A DNA stretch of 64,000 bases from assembly GCA_052173735.1 (NCBI GenBank), contig JBQMYA010000001.1, positions 28,784-92,783 of the forward strand, given 5' to 3'. The DNA comes from Prevotella sp. GTDB lineage: Bacteria > Bacteroidota > Bacteroidia > Bacteroidales > Bacteroidaceae. Shown here in pieces: positions 8,897 to 17,613 of this stretch. The notes beneath the pieces were generated by a model, which ran no database searches, had not been told where the DNA came from, and worked only from the letters and a program-made list of their open reading frames with translations. Both the position numbers and the translations under genes were made by a program. Position 1 is the stretch's first letter. Each line of letters starts with the position of its first letter.

Positions 8897-9680
8897 TCTA
8901 AGATTTCATCTCTTGCGAGTTATCCTACAAATAAGCCTCTTTGTTTTGCAACATTGATAGCCATTGCTTTTCAATTCGATGTCGTCGATATCTCGATTTA
9001 TTAAGACTTGCAGGATTGATTACCTGCTTTTTTGTTTTTCTAATAAACTGTTTACAACAGTCTTGCTTTCGTTTTGCAACTCAAGCAATTTTCTTTTTCA
9101 ATTCTGTTCTGTGGATTTCGATTGATGATTGTATAGCTTTCACAACCTAAAACCAGCAAAAACAGCTTGTTACGAGCCTTTAACAATCTTTCTTCCTAAT
9201 ATTCTTTTTTCATTAAACTCAAAGCTTTTGCCATCTTCTCAAATGTCTTTTTGAAATAAGAGTCTGTGTGTTTCATGATAATTGTTACTTATTTTTTATT
9301 GACTTTTTATGTCCTTTTGGTTCCACTTTTTACAAAAATAGGAATAATAAATATATAAAGCAATTTTTATTTACATTATTTTATACTTTACATATTATTT
9401 AAATTATTAGCATCTATTTTCACTATTTAAAGACATTCTACTAACACATTAGGTATAATGAGGCTATAAGTATAATATATATAGATAAATCAAGCATATC
9501 AAGAAGATTTTTTTCGCCTAAAAAGAAGATATTATCAATTACCAAAATAGTAATAAAAGGACAAAATATAAACATATATTAACATTATCCCTTTAACAAT
9601 TCAGTCTTTAAACCACCACAATCATACTTTATTTTTAGATATTATCACACTTTTTATTTCGTCATTCATACTCTTTAAGT

Positions 9681-9688
9681 TACCTTTG
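9681..9688 (+). promoter_or_regulatory. -7 box TACCTTTG for the YidE/YbjL-type transporter gene
   Basis: Ends 25 nt before the ATG at 9714. Confidence 0.5.
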
Positions 9689-9713
9689 CACAGAATCATA
9701 CATAACAAATAGA

Positions 9714-11375
9714 ATGGAATGGCTTAACGGTTTATTCACCATACACTCTGCACTTCAAACAATAGTTGTACTCTCTTTAATATGTTGCGTGGGTATAATA
9801 CTTGGCAGAATACGCATAAAAGGCATATCATTAGGCGTTGCCTTTGTGTTTTTTATGGGTATTATTGCAGGGAACTTTCATCTATCTATCAACCAAGAAA
9901 TGCTCAATTATGCCGAAACTTTTGGCTTAGTGTTATTCGTTTACACCCTTGGTTTATATGTTGGTCCTAACTTTTTAGGTTCATTACGACACGAAGGGGT
10001 GTCACTTAACCTGTGGAGTTTAGCCATAATCATTGCAGGTACGGCACTAACTGTAATTCTTTGGGAGCTAACAGGCATACACATCGGAACCATGACGGGT
10101 ATTCTTAGCGGTGCAGTAACCAACACTCCAGCCTTAGGAGCAGCTCAACAAGCTCTCGAACACTTAGGGGTTCCAAGTAAAAGTATGGCTCTTAGTTGTG
10201 CTGTAACCTATCCCTTTGGTGTTATTGGTGTCATCTTTGGACTCATTCTCCTTCGTAAATGGTTCGTAAAACCTCATCATCTCAAAAGTCATTCGCATGC
10301 AGATGAAGACCATACTTACATTGCTCAGTTCGAAGTAACAAACGAACAGATACACAAAAAGAAGCTTATTGCAATTGGACAGATGACCCCTCATAAGTTT
10401 ATTGTATCGAGAATATGGCGCGAAGGACAACCTATTGTGCCTCGTTCGCATATTGAATTGCAGCTAGGCGACAATGTTTTGGTAGCAACAACTGACAAAG
10501 ACGTTGATATTTTAACTGCTCTTTTCGGCAAAAAGATCAATACCGACTGGAATAAAGAGAAGATAGATTGGGATCATATCGATACAAAACTAGAGTCAAA
10601 GGTGGTTGTTCTCACCCGAGGAGCATTGAATGGAAAGAAGTTAGGCAGTCTTCATTTGCGCAATATATACGATGTTAACGTCAGTAGAGTGATACGTGGA
10701 GACATCAAACTACTTGCAACTCCAAACCTAAGACTACAATATGGCGACCGACTTACTATCGTTGGAGAACACGAAGCACTTAATCGTGTAGAGCGATTTG
10801 TGGGTAATGCAGTAAAAACTCTTAACGAACCGAACCTCGGTGCCATATTCCTTGGAATCATATTAGGACTCGCTTTGGGAACTATTCCTATCTACTTACC
10901 TGGTATGAGTGCCCCTGTTCGACTTGGAATAGCAGGCGGTCCAATCGTAATGGGTATCATCATGGGAGCCCTTTGCCCTCGTCTTCACATCATTTCTTAC
11001 ACCACTCGAAGTGCATCTCTAATGCTTCGACAAATGGGTTTATCACTATATCTGGCTTGTTTGGGCTTAGATGCAGGCGGAGAATTCCTCAATACAGTGA
11101 TGAGACCTGAGGGATTGCTTTGGCTTTTGCTTGGAGCTGTATTAACAATGGTACCGATATTAATTATAGGGGCAATTGCTTTAAAACTCAAGAAGTTCGA
11201 CTTTGGTTCGGTATGCGGTATCACTTGCGGTGCAATGGCTAACCCAATGGCTCTAACTTACGCCACCGACACCATCGAAGGCGACACGCCTGCCGTGAGT
11301 TATGCCACTGTTTATCCCCTAGGAATGTTCATTCGAGTAATCATTGCGCAAATTCTTGTAATGTTTTTAGCATAG
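9714..11375 (+). CDS. YidE/YbjL-family (aspartate:alanine exchanger, AAE) transporter with two central RCK_C/TrkA-C domains
   Basis: 553 aa. Hydrophobic N- and C-terminal halves flank a soluble duplicated region (…VSRIWREGQPIVPRSHIELQLGDNVLV… / …VSRVIRGDIKLLATPNLRLQYGDRLTIVG…), the typical architecture of this family. Confidence 0.85.
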   Translation: MEWLNGLFTIHSALQTIVVLSLICCVGIILGRIRIKGISLGVAFVFFMGIIAGNFHLSINQEMLNYAETFGLVLFVYTLGLYVGPNFLGSLRHEGVSLNLWSLAIIIAGTALTVILWELTGIHIGTMTGILSGAVTNTPALGAAQQALEHLGVPSKSMALSCAVTYPFGVIGVIFGLILLRKWFVKPHHLKSHSHADEDHTYIAQFEVTNEQIHKKKLIAIGQMTPHKFIVSRIWREGQPIVPRSHIELQLGDNVLVATTDKDVDILTALFGKKINTDWNKEKIDWDHIDTKLESKVVVLTRGALNGKKLGSLHLRNIYDVNVSRVIRGDIKLLATPNLRLQYGDRLTIVGEHEALNRVERFVGNAVKTLNEPNLGAIFLGIILGLALGTIPIYLPGMSAPVRLGIAGGPIVMGIIMGALCPRLHIISYTTRSASLMLRQMGLSLYLACLGLDAGGEFLNTVMRPEGLLWLLLGAVLTMVPILIIGAIALKLKKFDFGSVCGITCGAMANPMALTYATDTIEGDTPAVSYATVYPLGMFIRVIIAQILVMFLA

Positions 11376-11450
11376 AATTAGGTAGAAAAAGAAAAGGGTT
11401 TATCACAATAAAAATGATACTTATACCTCTTTATCAACATAAAAAAGTAT

Positions 11451-11458
11451 TACCTTTG
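11451..11458 (+). promoter_or_regulatory. -7 box TACCTTTG for the MBOAT operon
   Basis: Lies about 82 nt upstream of the ATG at 11541. Confidence 0.45.
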
Positions 11459-11540
11459 TAACGTTTTTGTTATAAAAGACCGCTTTTCAATCTTTTAAAG
11501 CAACAAGATAACATTTTTTACGCATTCATTATCTATATTA

Positions 11541-12950
11541 ATGGTATTTAATTCTTTCTCCTTTTGGCTAATATTTCCACTGATATTTGGTTTCTATTGG
11601 CTCATTCCTTCTAAGCAAAAAGAACTTAAAAAATGGTTTCTTATTATTGTAAGTTACTTACTTTACATGAATTGGAAACCTGCTTTTGCGCTCGCTTTAA
11701 TGTTCGTTACAGGCGTAACCTACTACGGTTCGCATCTCATTAGTAGTGCAAACGAACAGAAAAAGAACAAACAGATTTGCATTCTTACGGTTCTTTTAGG
11801 TGTCTCTTTACTTGTTATCTTTAAGTATTATAACTTCATTAACGATAACATCAACATCCTTTTAAATCTACTTCACATACAAGTTGAACTACCAGGACTT
11901 AACTATGCCATTCCAGTAGGAATATCTTTCTTCACCTTTCAGGCTATAAGTTATTTCCTAGATGTGTACTTTAAAAAGATAGAAGCAGAGCAATCGTTGA
12001 GCGACTACATTCTATTTGTTTCGTTTTTTCCACAAGTTTCATCAGGACCTATTAGTAAAGCATCAGAGCTTTTGCCACAGATTAAGAACCCAAAGCCTTT
12101 CAATGAGATTCAAGCAACAGATGGTTTGCGTTATCTTTTGTGGGGAATGTTCATGAAAGTAGCCGTTGCCGACCGATTAGGAATATATGTAGACACCGTT
12201 TATAGCAATTATCTTAACTATTCAGGATTTACCACTTCTCTCTCAATTATTTTCTATTCGTTTCAGATTTATGCCGACTTTGCAGGTTATTCGCTCATGG
12301 CTTTAGGTATAGCAAAGCTGCTTGGATACGACATTATCAATAACTTTCAACAGCCATATTTTGCCTTTAGCATTACAAACTTTTGGAGAAGATGGCACAT
12401 TTCCCTATCAAGATGGTTGAAAGACTATATCTATATTCCCTTAGGAGGTAGCAGATGCTCTTCTAAAAGAAACTATTTCAATATCTTTATCACTTTCCTT
12501 GTGAGTGGAATATGGCACGGAGCAAGTTGGAATTTCATTCTTTGGGGAGTCTTACATGGCATCTTTCAAATCGTAGAAAAAGCTCTTCATTTACAAAAAG
12601 ACCCCCCAAAAGGCTTCACTATAAAAGCTGTTCGAGTGCTCATAACATTCTTCTTAGCCACATTTGCATGGATATTCTTTAGAATGCCCACTCTAAACGA
12701 TGCGATAGGCATTATCGTTCACTCTGTAAAAGATTTTACTTCGTTTAGTATAATGACCGAGCAACGAACCTCAATTATGCTCACTTTGCCTATACTTATT
12801 GCGCACGACATCTATTTAGAGTATCTCTCTGGCAAGCAATATTGGTGGAACAACGCCATCACCCGTTGGATGTTATATGTCACTTTATTTGTTATTATCC
12901 TTATTGCAGGGGTATTAGATAGTGGACAATTTATTTATGTAAGTTTCTAA
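11541..12950 (+). CDS. MBOAT-family membrane-bound O-acyltransferase (AlgI/DltB-like)
   Basis: 469 aa, polytopic. Conserved FWRRWHISLSRWLKDYIYIPLGG and GIWHGASWNF motifs, including the MBOAT catalytic His. Confidence 0.9.
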   Translation: MVFNSFSFWLIFPLIFGFYWLIPSKQKELKKWFLIIVSYLLYMNWKPAFALALMFVTGVTYYGSHLISSANEQKKNKQICILTVLLGVSLLVIFKYYNFINDNINILLNLLHIQVELPGLNYAIPVGISFFTFQAISYFLDVYFKKIEAEQSLSDYILFVSFFPQVSSGPISKASELLPQIKNPKPFNEIQATDGLRYLLWGMFMKVAVADRLGIYVDTVYSNYLNYSGFTTSLSIIFYSFQIYADFAGYSLMALGIAKLLGYDIINNFQQPYFAFSITNFWRRWHISLSRWLKDYIYIPLGGSRCSSKRNYFNIFITFLVSGIWHGASWNFILWGVLHGIFQIVEKALHLQKDPPKGFTIKAVRVLITFFLATFAWIFFRMPTLNDAIGIIVHSVKDFTSFSIMTEQRTSIMLTLPILIAHDIYLEYLSGKQYWWNNAITRWMLYVTLFVIILIAGVLDSGQFIYVSF

Positions 12951-12953
12951 AGC

Positions 12954-13859
12954 ATGAAAAGATTCATTATAAAAATCGTTGTTTTCTTCCTCATAATTGC
13001 AATTATAGACCAAATTGGTGGAAGATTTCTAAAATATATTGATAGTCATTCACAATATGGAGATGCCTTTACACGAGAATATATCACGTCTCGTTGTACC
13101 GAAGATGTGATTATCATGGGTTCATCAAGAGGCAATCACCACTACGACCCACAAATTATTAACGATTCATTAAACCTTAGTTGTTACAATTGTGCATACG
13201 ATGCATTGGGCATTCTCAACATGTATGGCAGATATTTACTGATGATTCGCACCCATACTCCAAAGATTTTAATATATGATATCTTTGCTCCTAATGAGAT
13301 TTATGGAGACAAAAAAGATCATCTTAAGTTCCTTGATGGAATGAAACAATATGCCAATACCCCCCAAGTGATGGGTATTTTTGACGATATTGCACCCATG
13401 GAACATTATAAATTACAATCTCGTTTATATCAATATAACACGAAACTGTTTTATATGCTTAGCGAAATAATCGGAAAGTGGACTCCTGCTCAACTTGGAT
13501 ATATACCTCTTGATGGAACAATGGAGCACCAACCCAAGCCATATTCTGCAGAATACACCAATCAAGAACCCGATAGTGTGAAGTTGAAATATATGAGAAA
13601 GCTGATTCACGCTGCGCAAACAAAAGGAACAAAGGTTATTCTTTGCATTTCACCTCGATATGGAGCAAGTCCTAATGGCGACCTCGATCCTATTATAGAA
13701 TTGGCAAAAGAGGAGCAAGTTCCATTGCTGAACCACTACACCGACAAACGTTTTACAACGAAAAAAGAATACTTTAAAGATTCATTTCACCTTAACCACA
13801 CTGGTGCAACAGCCTATACAAAGATGATTGTGGGTGAAATAAAACAGCTGTTAAAGTGA
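12954..13859 (+). CDS. Putative O-acylation accessory protein (DltD/AlgX-like SGNH-type fold), membrane-anchored
   Basis: 301 aa. Starts 3 nt after the MBOAT stop. N-terminal anchor, then IIMGSSRG block and C-terminal FKDSFHLNHTGA block reminiscent of DltD/SGNH partners of MBOAT enzymes. Confidence 0.55.
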   Translation: MKRFIIKIVVFFLIIAIIDQIGGRFLKYIDSHSQYGDAFTREYITSRCTEDVIIMGSSRGNHHYDPQIINDSLNLSCYNCAYDALGILNMYGRYLLMIRTHTPKILIYDIFAPNEIYGDKKDHLKFLDGMKQYANTPQVMGIFDDIAPMEHYKLQSRLYQYNTKLFYMLSEIIGKWTPAQLGYIPLDGTMEHQPKPYSAEYTNQEPDSVKLKYMRKLIHAAQTKGTKVILCISPRYGASPNGDLDPIIELAKEEQVPLLNHYTDKRFTTKKEYFKDSFHLNHTGATAYTKMIVGEIKQLLK

Positions 13860-13889
13860 TTTAATTATATTTTTACCATACAAAAGAAA

Positions 13890-13930
13890 AGAGAGGGACA
13901 ATACTTAATGGTTTTGTTCCTCTCTTTTTT
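13890..13930 (+). terminator. Rho-independent terminator after the MBOAT operon
   Basis: AGAGAGGGACAA / TTGTTCCTCTCT (one G-U pair) followed by TTTTTTG. It lies 30 nt after the stop at 13859. Confidence 0.6.
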
Positions 13931-14177
13931 GCATTGCCTTTCTTCCTTATTGTTAAGCAGTCATTCACCTTTAGTCTTCCATTTCAGCCCACCAATCATT
14001 AAAATCACTTTCTTTTCGCTTATCACTCCAACTCTTTTTCATTGCCTTCCACGCATCACTTCACCTTCAATTTGTCCTCCATTCTTCGCATTTTACCCTC
14101 CAATTTCGGTCAGCTACATTAGCTATTGAAAACCGCCCACAAGTCCTTTATAATTAAGGGGTGTAGACATTGGCGTA

Positions 14178-14287
14178 CAAAAGGAATGGAAATGCGGTGA
14201 AAAAGCAGTGAGATTGCAGACCAATTGCAATGAGTTTGCACGCTAAAAGCATTGAGTTTACACACTAAAAGCAATGGAATTAGAAAC
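14178..14287. repeat. 22-bp tandem unit block D (5 units, 110 bp)
   Basis: caaaaggaatggaaatgcggtg / aaaaagcagtgagattgcagac / caattgcaatgagtttgcacgc / taaaagcattgagtttacacac / taaaagcaatggaattagaaac. Lies between two convergent genes. Confidence 0.88.
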
Positions 14288-14540
14288 AAGAAGGATTAAG
14301 GGGGATTTTCAAGAGAAGTGAGAAAGCTTTTATTTAGAGATGATGCTTACCAATTCCCCATACACAAAAATGAGCACAAAGGAGTCGTATTGATGGAGAA
14401 TCACTATCCTATTAAGATATTGAAAGAGAGATAATCACCTGCAACAACGGGGCAAGATGATAGAGAAAAACACAAGATGTAGATTTAAAAGAATCTAAAC
14501 TCGCTTCTTAAAAGGTAAGACATTCGCCCCCTTTATACAA

Positions 14541-14568
14541 CAAAAAGAGGGCAAAAACACTGCCCTCT
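14541..14568 (-). terminator. Rho-independent terminator after the P-type ATPase gene
   Basis: Minus strand reads AGAGGGCA gtgtttt TGCCCTCT TTTTG, immediately after the stop at 14573. Confidence 0.6.
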
Positions 14569-14572
14569 TCTC

Positions 14573-16456
14573 TTATTTCTTTTGCCAAATGAGCTTACTT
14601 GCATTCAAAACAGCTAACAAAGTAACGCCCGTATCGGCAAAAACAGCCATCCAAATATTAGCAATTCCAAGTATGCCGAGCAACATCACCACCACTTTAA
14701 TGCCAATAGAAAGATACACATTCTGCCAAACAACACTCTTAATACGTTTCGTTAGCGCAATGGCAGTGGCTAAAAGCATTGGTTTATCGGTTTGAAGAAC
14801 CACATCTGCGGTTTCGATAGCAACGTCGCTACCCATCGCTCCCATAGCAACTCCCACGTCACTAACGGCTAATACGGGTGCATCGTTAATGCCATCGCCC
14901 ACAAAAGCCACAGCACTTGCATCGTTTTTAAGTCGTTCTAAGTGACTAACCTTACCCTCAGGAAGAAGGTTTCCGTGTGCTTCTTCGATGCCAATGCTCT
15001 GTGCAATGTTTTCCACAAGAGCCTCTTTATCGCCCGAAAGCACCACTGTTTTATGCACTCCAACGGCTTTTAACGCCTCAACAAGCTGCGCAGTATCGTC
15101 TTTTAGCTCGTCTTCTAACACGATATGACCCACATATTCGTTGTTATAAGCACACACAACCAGCGTAGAAGCTAAGGAAGTGAGATGCGAGGGTACGGCT
15201 ATTGCGTGCTTTTCAAGTAGCTTTGTGGTTCCAACCAACCATTTTTCACCTGCAATAAGAGCTTCAATTCCATAGCCTGCACGCTCTGTTAAGGTGTCAA
15301 TCTCTACTTTATGATCGCCTATTTCTACCCCTTTCGTCACAGCTTTTGCCAATGGATGGGTGCTATTCTGCTCGATGATAGCCACCGTTTTTAGATGATT
15401 ATGATTGTCGAAGCAACACTCTTTTACTTTAAAAGAGCCTGTTGTGAGCGTTCCTGTCTTATCAAACACCACCGTATCGACCTCTGATAGCACATCAATA
15501 AAATTACTTCCCTTAAACAATATGCCTCGCTTTGCAGCTGAACCAATACCTGCAAAATAGGTTAAAGGTACGCTAATGACCAGTGCGCAAGGGCAAGATA
15601 TTACTAAAAAGATGAGCGCACGATGAAGCCATCTGCTGAATTCGTAGTTGAATTGGGGTGAGATGAGCGAATAAACAAAGGGCAATAACACTGTGAGCAG
15701 AGCCAAAATGAGTACTATTGGGGTGTATTTATTGGCAAAACGACGTATAAACACATCGGTAGGAGCCTTGCGTTCGGCAGCCTCTTCCACCATATTCATA
15801 ATACGAGCAATGGCAGATTGATCGGCTTTTCGGGTGACCTTTACTTGTAACTTGGCGTTGGTGGCAATCGAACCTGCAAACACTTCTTTTCCACTTTGCA
15901 CCAAAACGGGAACCGACTCGCCTGTGATAGCCGCCATGTTCAATGTTGCTTCGTTGGTAATCAAACAACCATCGAGTGCCAATTGCTCGCCTGGGAGCAC
16001 CTCAACAACATCTCCTATCTCTACATTCTCGGGCTTTTCGCTCACCCATTCGTCGTTCTTCAACACCCTCACAGCATGTGTTTGCAATGTAAGCATCGCC
16101 TTAATGTGGTCTCTTGCCTTGTCAACTGCTTTGTCTTGCAATGCTTCTCCAATGCAATAGAGCAGCATCACTGCCACAGCTTCGGGCAATTCGCCAATGG
16201 CAAAGGCTCCTATTGCTGCCACAGACATCAGCACTTGCTCGCCCATCCACTCACGATGATACAACGAATGCAATGCCATATGAATAACATCTTTACCTAC
16301 TGGAATGAAAGCAACAATGTACCAAAGATAACGAACGTATGTGTTAGCAAACCAAGAAACGTGGAATGCGTCAATAATAATGCCTGAAACAAGGAGAATT
16401 GCAGATAAAACGAGTCCTAAAATAGATTGTTCTAACTCTTCATGTGTATGTTCCAT
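14573..16456 (-). CDS. Heavy-metal translocating P1B-type ATPase (Zn/Cd/Co-type), no N-terminal HMA domain
   Basis: DKTGTLT phosphorylation site, SCPCALV (CPC) metal motif, VGDGINDAP hinge. The ORF track start at 16540 overlaps the upstream gene, so I prefer the Met at 16456 (MEHTHEELEQ). Confidence 0.9.
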   Translation of the reverse strand: MEHTHEELEQSILGLVLSAILLVSGIIIDAFHVSWFANTYVRYLWYIVAFIPVGKDVIHMALHSLYHREWMGEQVLMSVAAIGAFAIGELPEAVAVMLLYCIGEALQDKAVDKARDHIKAMLTLQTHAVRVLKNDEWVSEKPENVEIGDVVEVLPGEQLALDGCLITNEATLNMAAITGESVPVLVQSGKEVFAGSIATNAKLQVKVTRKADQSAIARIMNMVEEAAERKAPTDVFIRRFANKYTPIVLILALLTVLLPFVYSLISPQFNYEFSRWLHRALIFLVISCPCALVISVPLTYFAGIGSAAKRGILFKGSNFIDVLSEVDTVVFDKTGTLTTGSFKVKECCFDNHNHLKTVAIIEQNSTHPLAKAVTKGVEIGDHKVEIDTLTERAGYGIEALIAGEKWLVGTTKLLEKHAIAVPSHLTSLASTLVVCAYNNEYVGHIVLEDELKDDTAQLVEALKAVGVHKTVVLSGDKEALVENIAQSIGIEEAHGNLLPEGKVSHLERLKNDASAVAFVGDGINDAPVLAVSDVGVAMGAMGSDVAIETADVVLQTDKPMLLATAIALTKRIKSVVWQNVYLSIGIKVVVMLLGILGIANIWMAVFADTGVTLLAVLNASKLIWQKK

Positions 16457-16490
16457 AACGATAAGTTTTAATAAATTAAAGTGCGTTTTG

Positions 16491-17114
16491 TTATATAAGA
16501 TAGAGTATTGACTCGTTTCCTTGGTTGCAAAGAAGGTCAATAATACTCATATTTTCTAAGAATCCATGTCGCTGTTGATACACTTGATAATAGGGTTTTG
16601 AGGTAAAATCGGGATCAACAAGGGCGTTTTTGGGTCGAATAAGCTCTCTAAAATCGTTTTCATCGCATGGCTCTACAAAGCTTGTTGTGGGCTGAATGTT
16701 GGGCGAAATCTGTAGAAGTTCACACATTTTTGTAGTGATCTCCCAGTTAAAATCAAAGAGAAAACGATACTTTTTCTCGAAAAATGGGCGCAAATCGTCG
16801 GCATAATACTCAAAAAAAGGACTGTCGTTATAAGCCGAAACTAAGGCATTCCAATGCACATGACGCCAGTTTGCATGGTCACTAATGCGCATGTCTTTCA
16901 TAAGTGTTTTGCCATTGCTTTGCGGTTGCACTCCCCTTTCAACAGGAATAGTGAGCGATAAAGGTCCATTGGCAGAGGCAATGACACATCTATTGCGGTA
17001 GGTTTGCTTCACAAAGCTTTCGTGTTGCTCTATAAAACAATTGGAATGGCGCACCAATTTCTGATACCATTGAATCGGACCGAAGTATGTTGACGATAAT
17101 ATTGCTTTGCTCAT
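16491..17114 (-). CDS. WbqC-like family protein
   Basis: 207 aa. N-terminus ILSSTYFGPIQWYQKLVRH...QTYRNRCVIASANGPLSLTIPV matches my recollection of the WbqC family. ATGA start/stop overlap with the upstream gene. Confidence 0.7.
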   Translation of the reverse strand: MSKAILSSTYFGPIQWYQKLVRHSNCFIEQHESFVKQTYRNRCVIASANGPLSLTIPVERGVQPQSNGKTLMKDMRISDHANWRHVHWNALVSAYNDSPFFEYYADDLRPFFEKKYRFLFDFNWEITTKMCELLQISPNIQPTTSFVEPCDENDFRELIRPKNALVDPDFTSKPYYQVYQQRHGFLENMSIIDLLCNQGNESILYLI

Positions 17115-17524
17115 AAGTTAAGAAATAATAGGTGTTTCACCCTTCCCTCAATGTCGTGGCGACAAACAACATGCATTTTTCCATTGCATTTCACCACGAG
17201 ATAGCCGCCATTTACACAACAACTGCATGGACATTGTGGGCGAACTGGCACCACAAAGAGCTGTTTTTCGATGGTAATAGTATCGCCAGGAAGAGCCACT
17301 ATCTGCCCTATATATCTATTTTTGCAGTGCATCAGCACCCTATCTCCACGCTGAATGGGGGCAAGAGGTAGCTTATTCACCATCACAAGCTCGGTATTTT
17401 GAGTGGTTTGAGAACCCTTTTCAACCGAAACAAGGTAGAGGGTGAATGCCCATCTGCGTACAATAAACACCAATAAAAGGGCTATTGCAAAGATAAGAGC
17501 AAATCGAATGCACTTGTTCATCAT
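17111..17524 (-). CDS. Short S26 (signal peptidase I)-like protein, apparently catalytically inactive, Cys-rich
   Basis: 137 aa. TM anchor, GDRVLM and IGQIVALPGDTITI blocks resemble LepB boxes. No SM-PT serine box, and the Lys of the (V)KR box is replaced. Cys cluster PQCPCSCC. Confidence 0.6.
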   Translation of the reverse strand: MMNKCIRFALIFAIALLLVFIVRRWAFTLYLVSVEKGSQTTQNTELVMVNKLPLAPIQRGDRVLMHCKNRYIGQIVALPGDTITIEKQLFVVPVRPQCPCSCCVNGGYLVVKCNGKMHVVCRHDIEGRVKHLLFLNL

Positions 17525-17535
17525 GCGGTTTATGA

Positions 17536-17583
17536 TAAAAAGGCAGTGTAATACCCTTGTAAGAGTATTTCTTTCTGCCTTTT
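17536..17583 (-). terminator. Extended hairpin between lepB and the S26-like gene (partial terminator or processing site)
   Basis: Outer stem AAAGGCAG / CTGCCTTT and inner stem AATACCCTT / AAGAGTATT. The minus-strand tail is TTTTTATC. Confidence 0.4.
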
Positions 17584-17613
17584 GTTCTTTTCTCTTTCTA
17601 TCTTAAAGAGGTG

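Noticed and set aside
9199-9279. 26-codon minus-strand ORF MKHTDSYFKKTFEKMAKALSLMKKEY as a small gene or pseudogene head
   Set aside because: It is too short, has no recognisable family, and every downstream frame is full of stops. It is mentioned only as context for the 8539-9713 gap.
13908-14129. 73-aa ORF rich in S/L/P/F
   Set aside because: It is a low-complexity read-through of the pyrimidine-rich tract next to block D and overlaps the terminator at 13890-13930. The same reasoning applies to ORFs 7253-7459, 25701-25958, 34230-34487, 40486-40743, 40660-40842 and 51545-51730, which all read through repeat blocks or their skewed flanks.
15834-16387. 108-aa and 163-aa ORFs antisense to the P-type ATPase
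   Set aside because: They lie inside a gene that has all P1B-ATPase motifs. They have no motifs of their own, which is typical of shadow ORFs.
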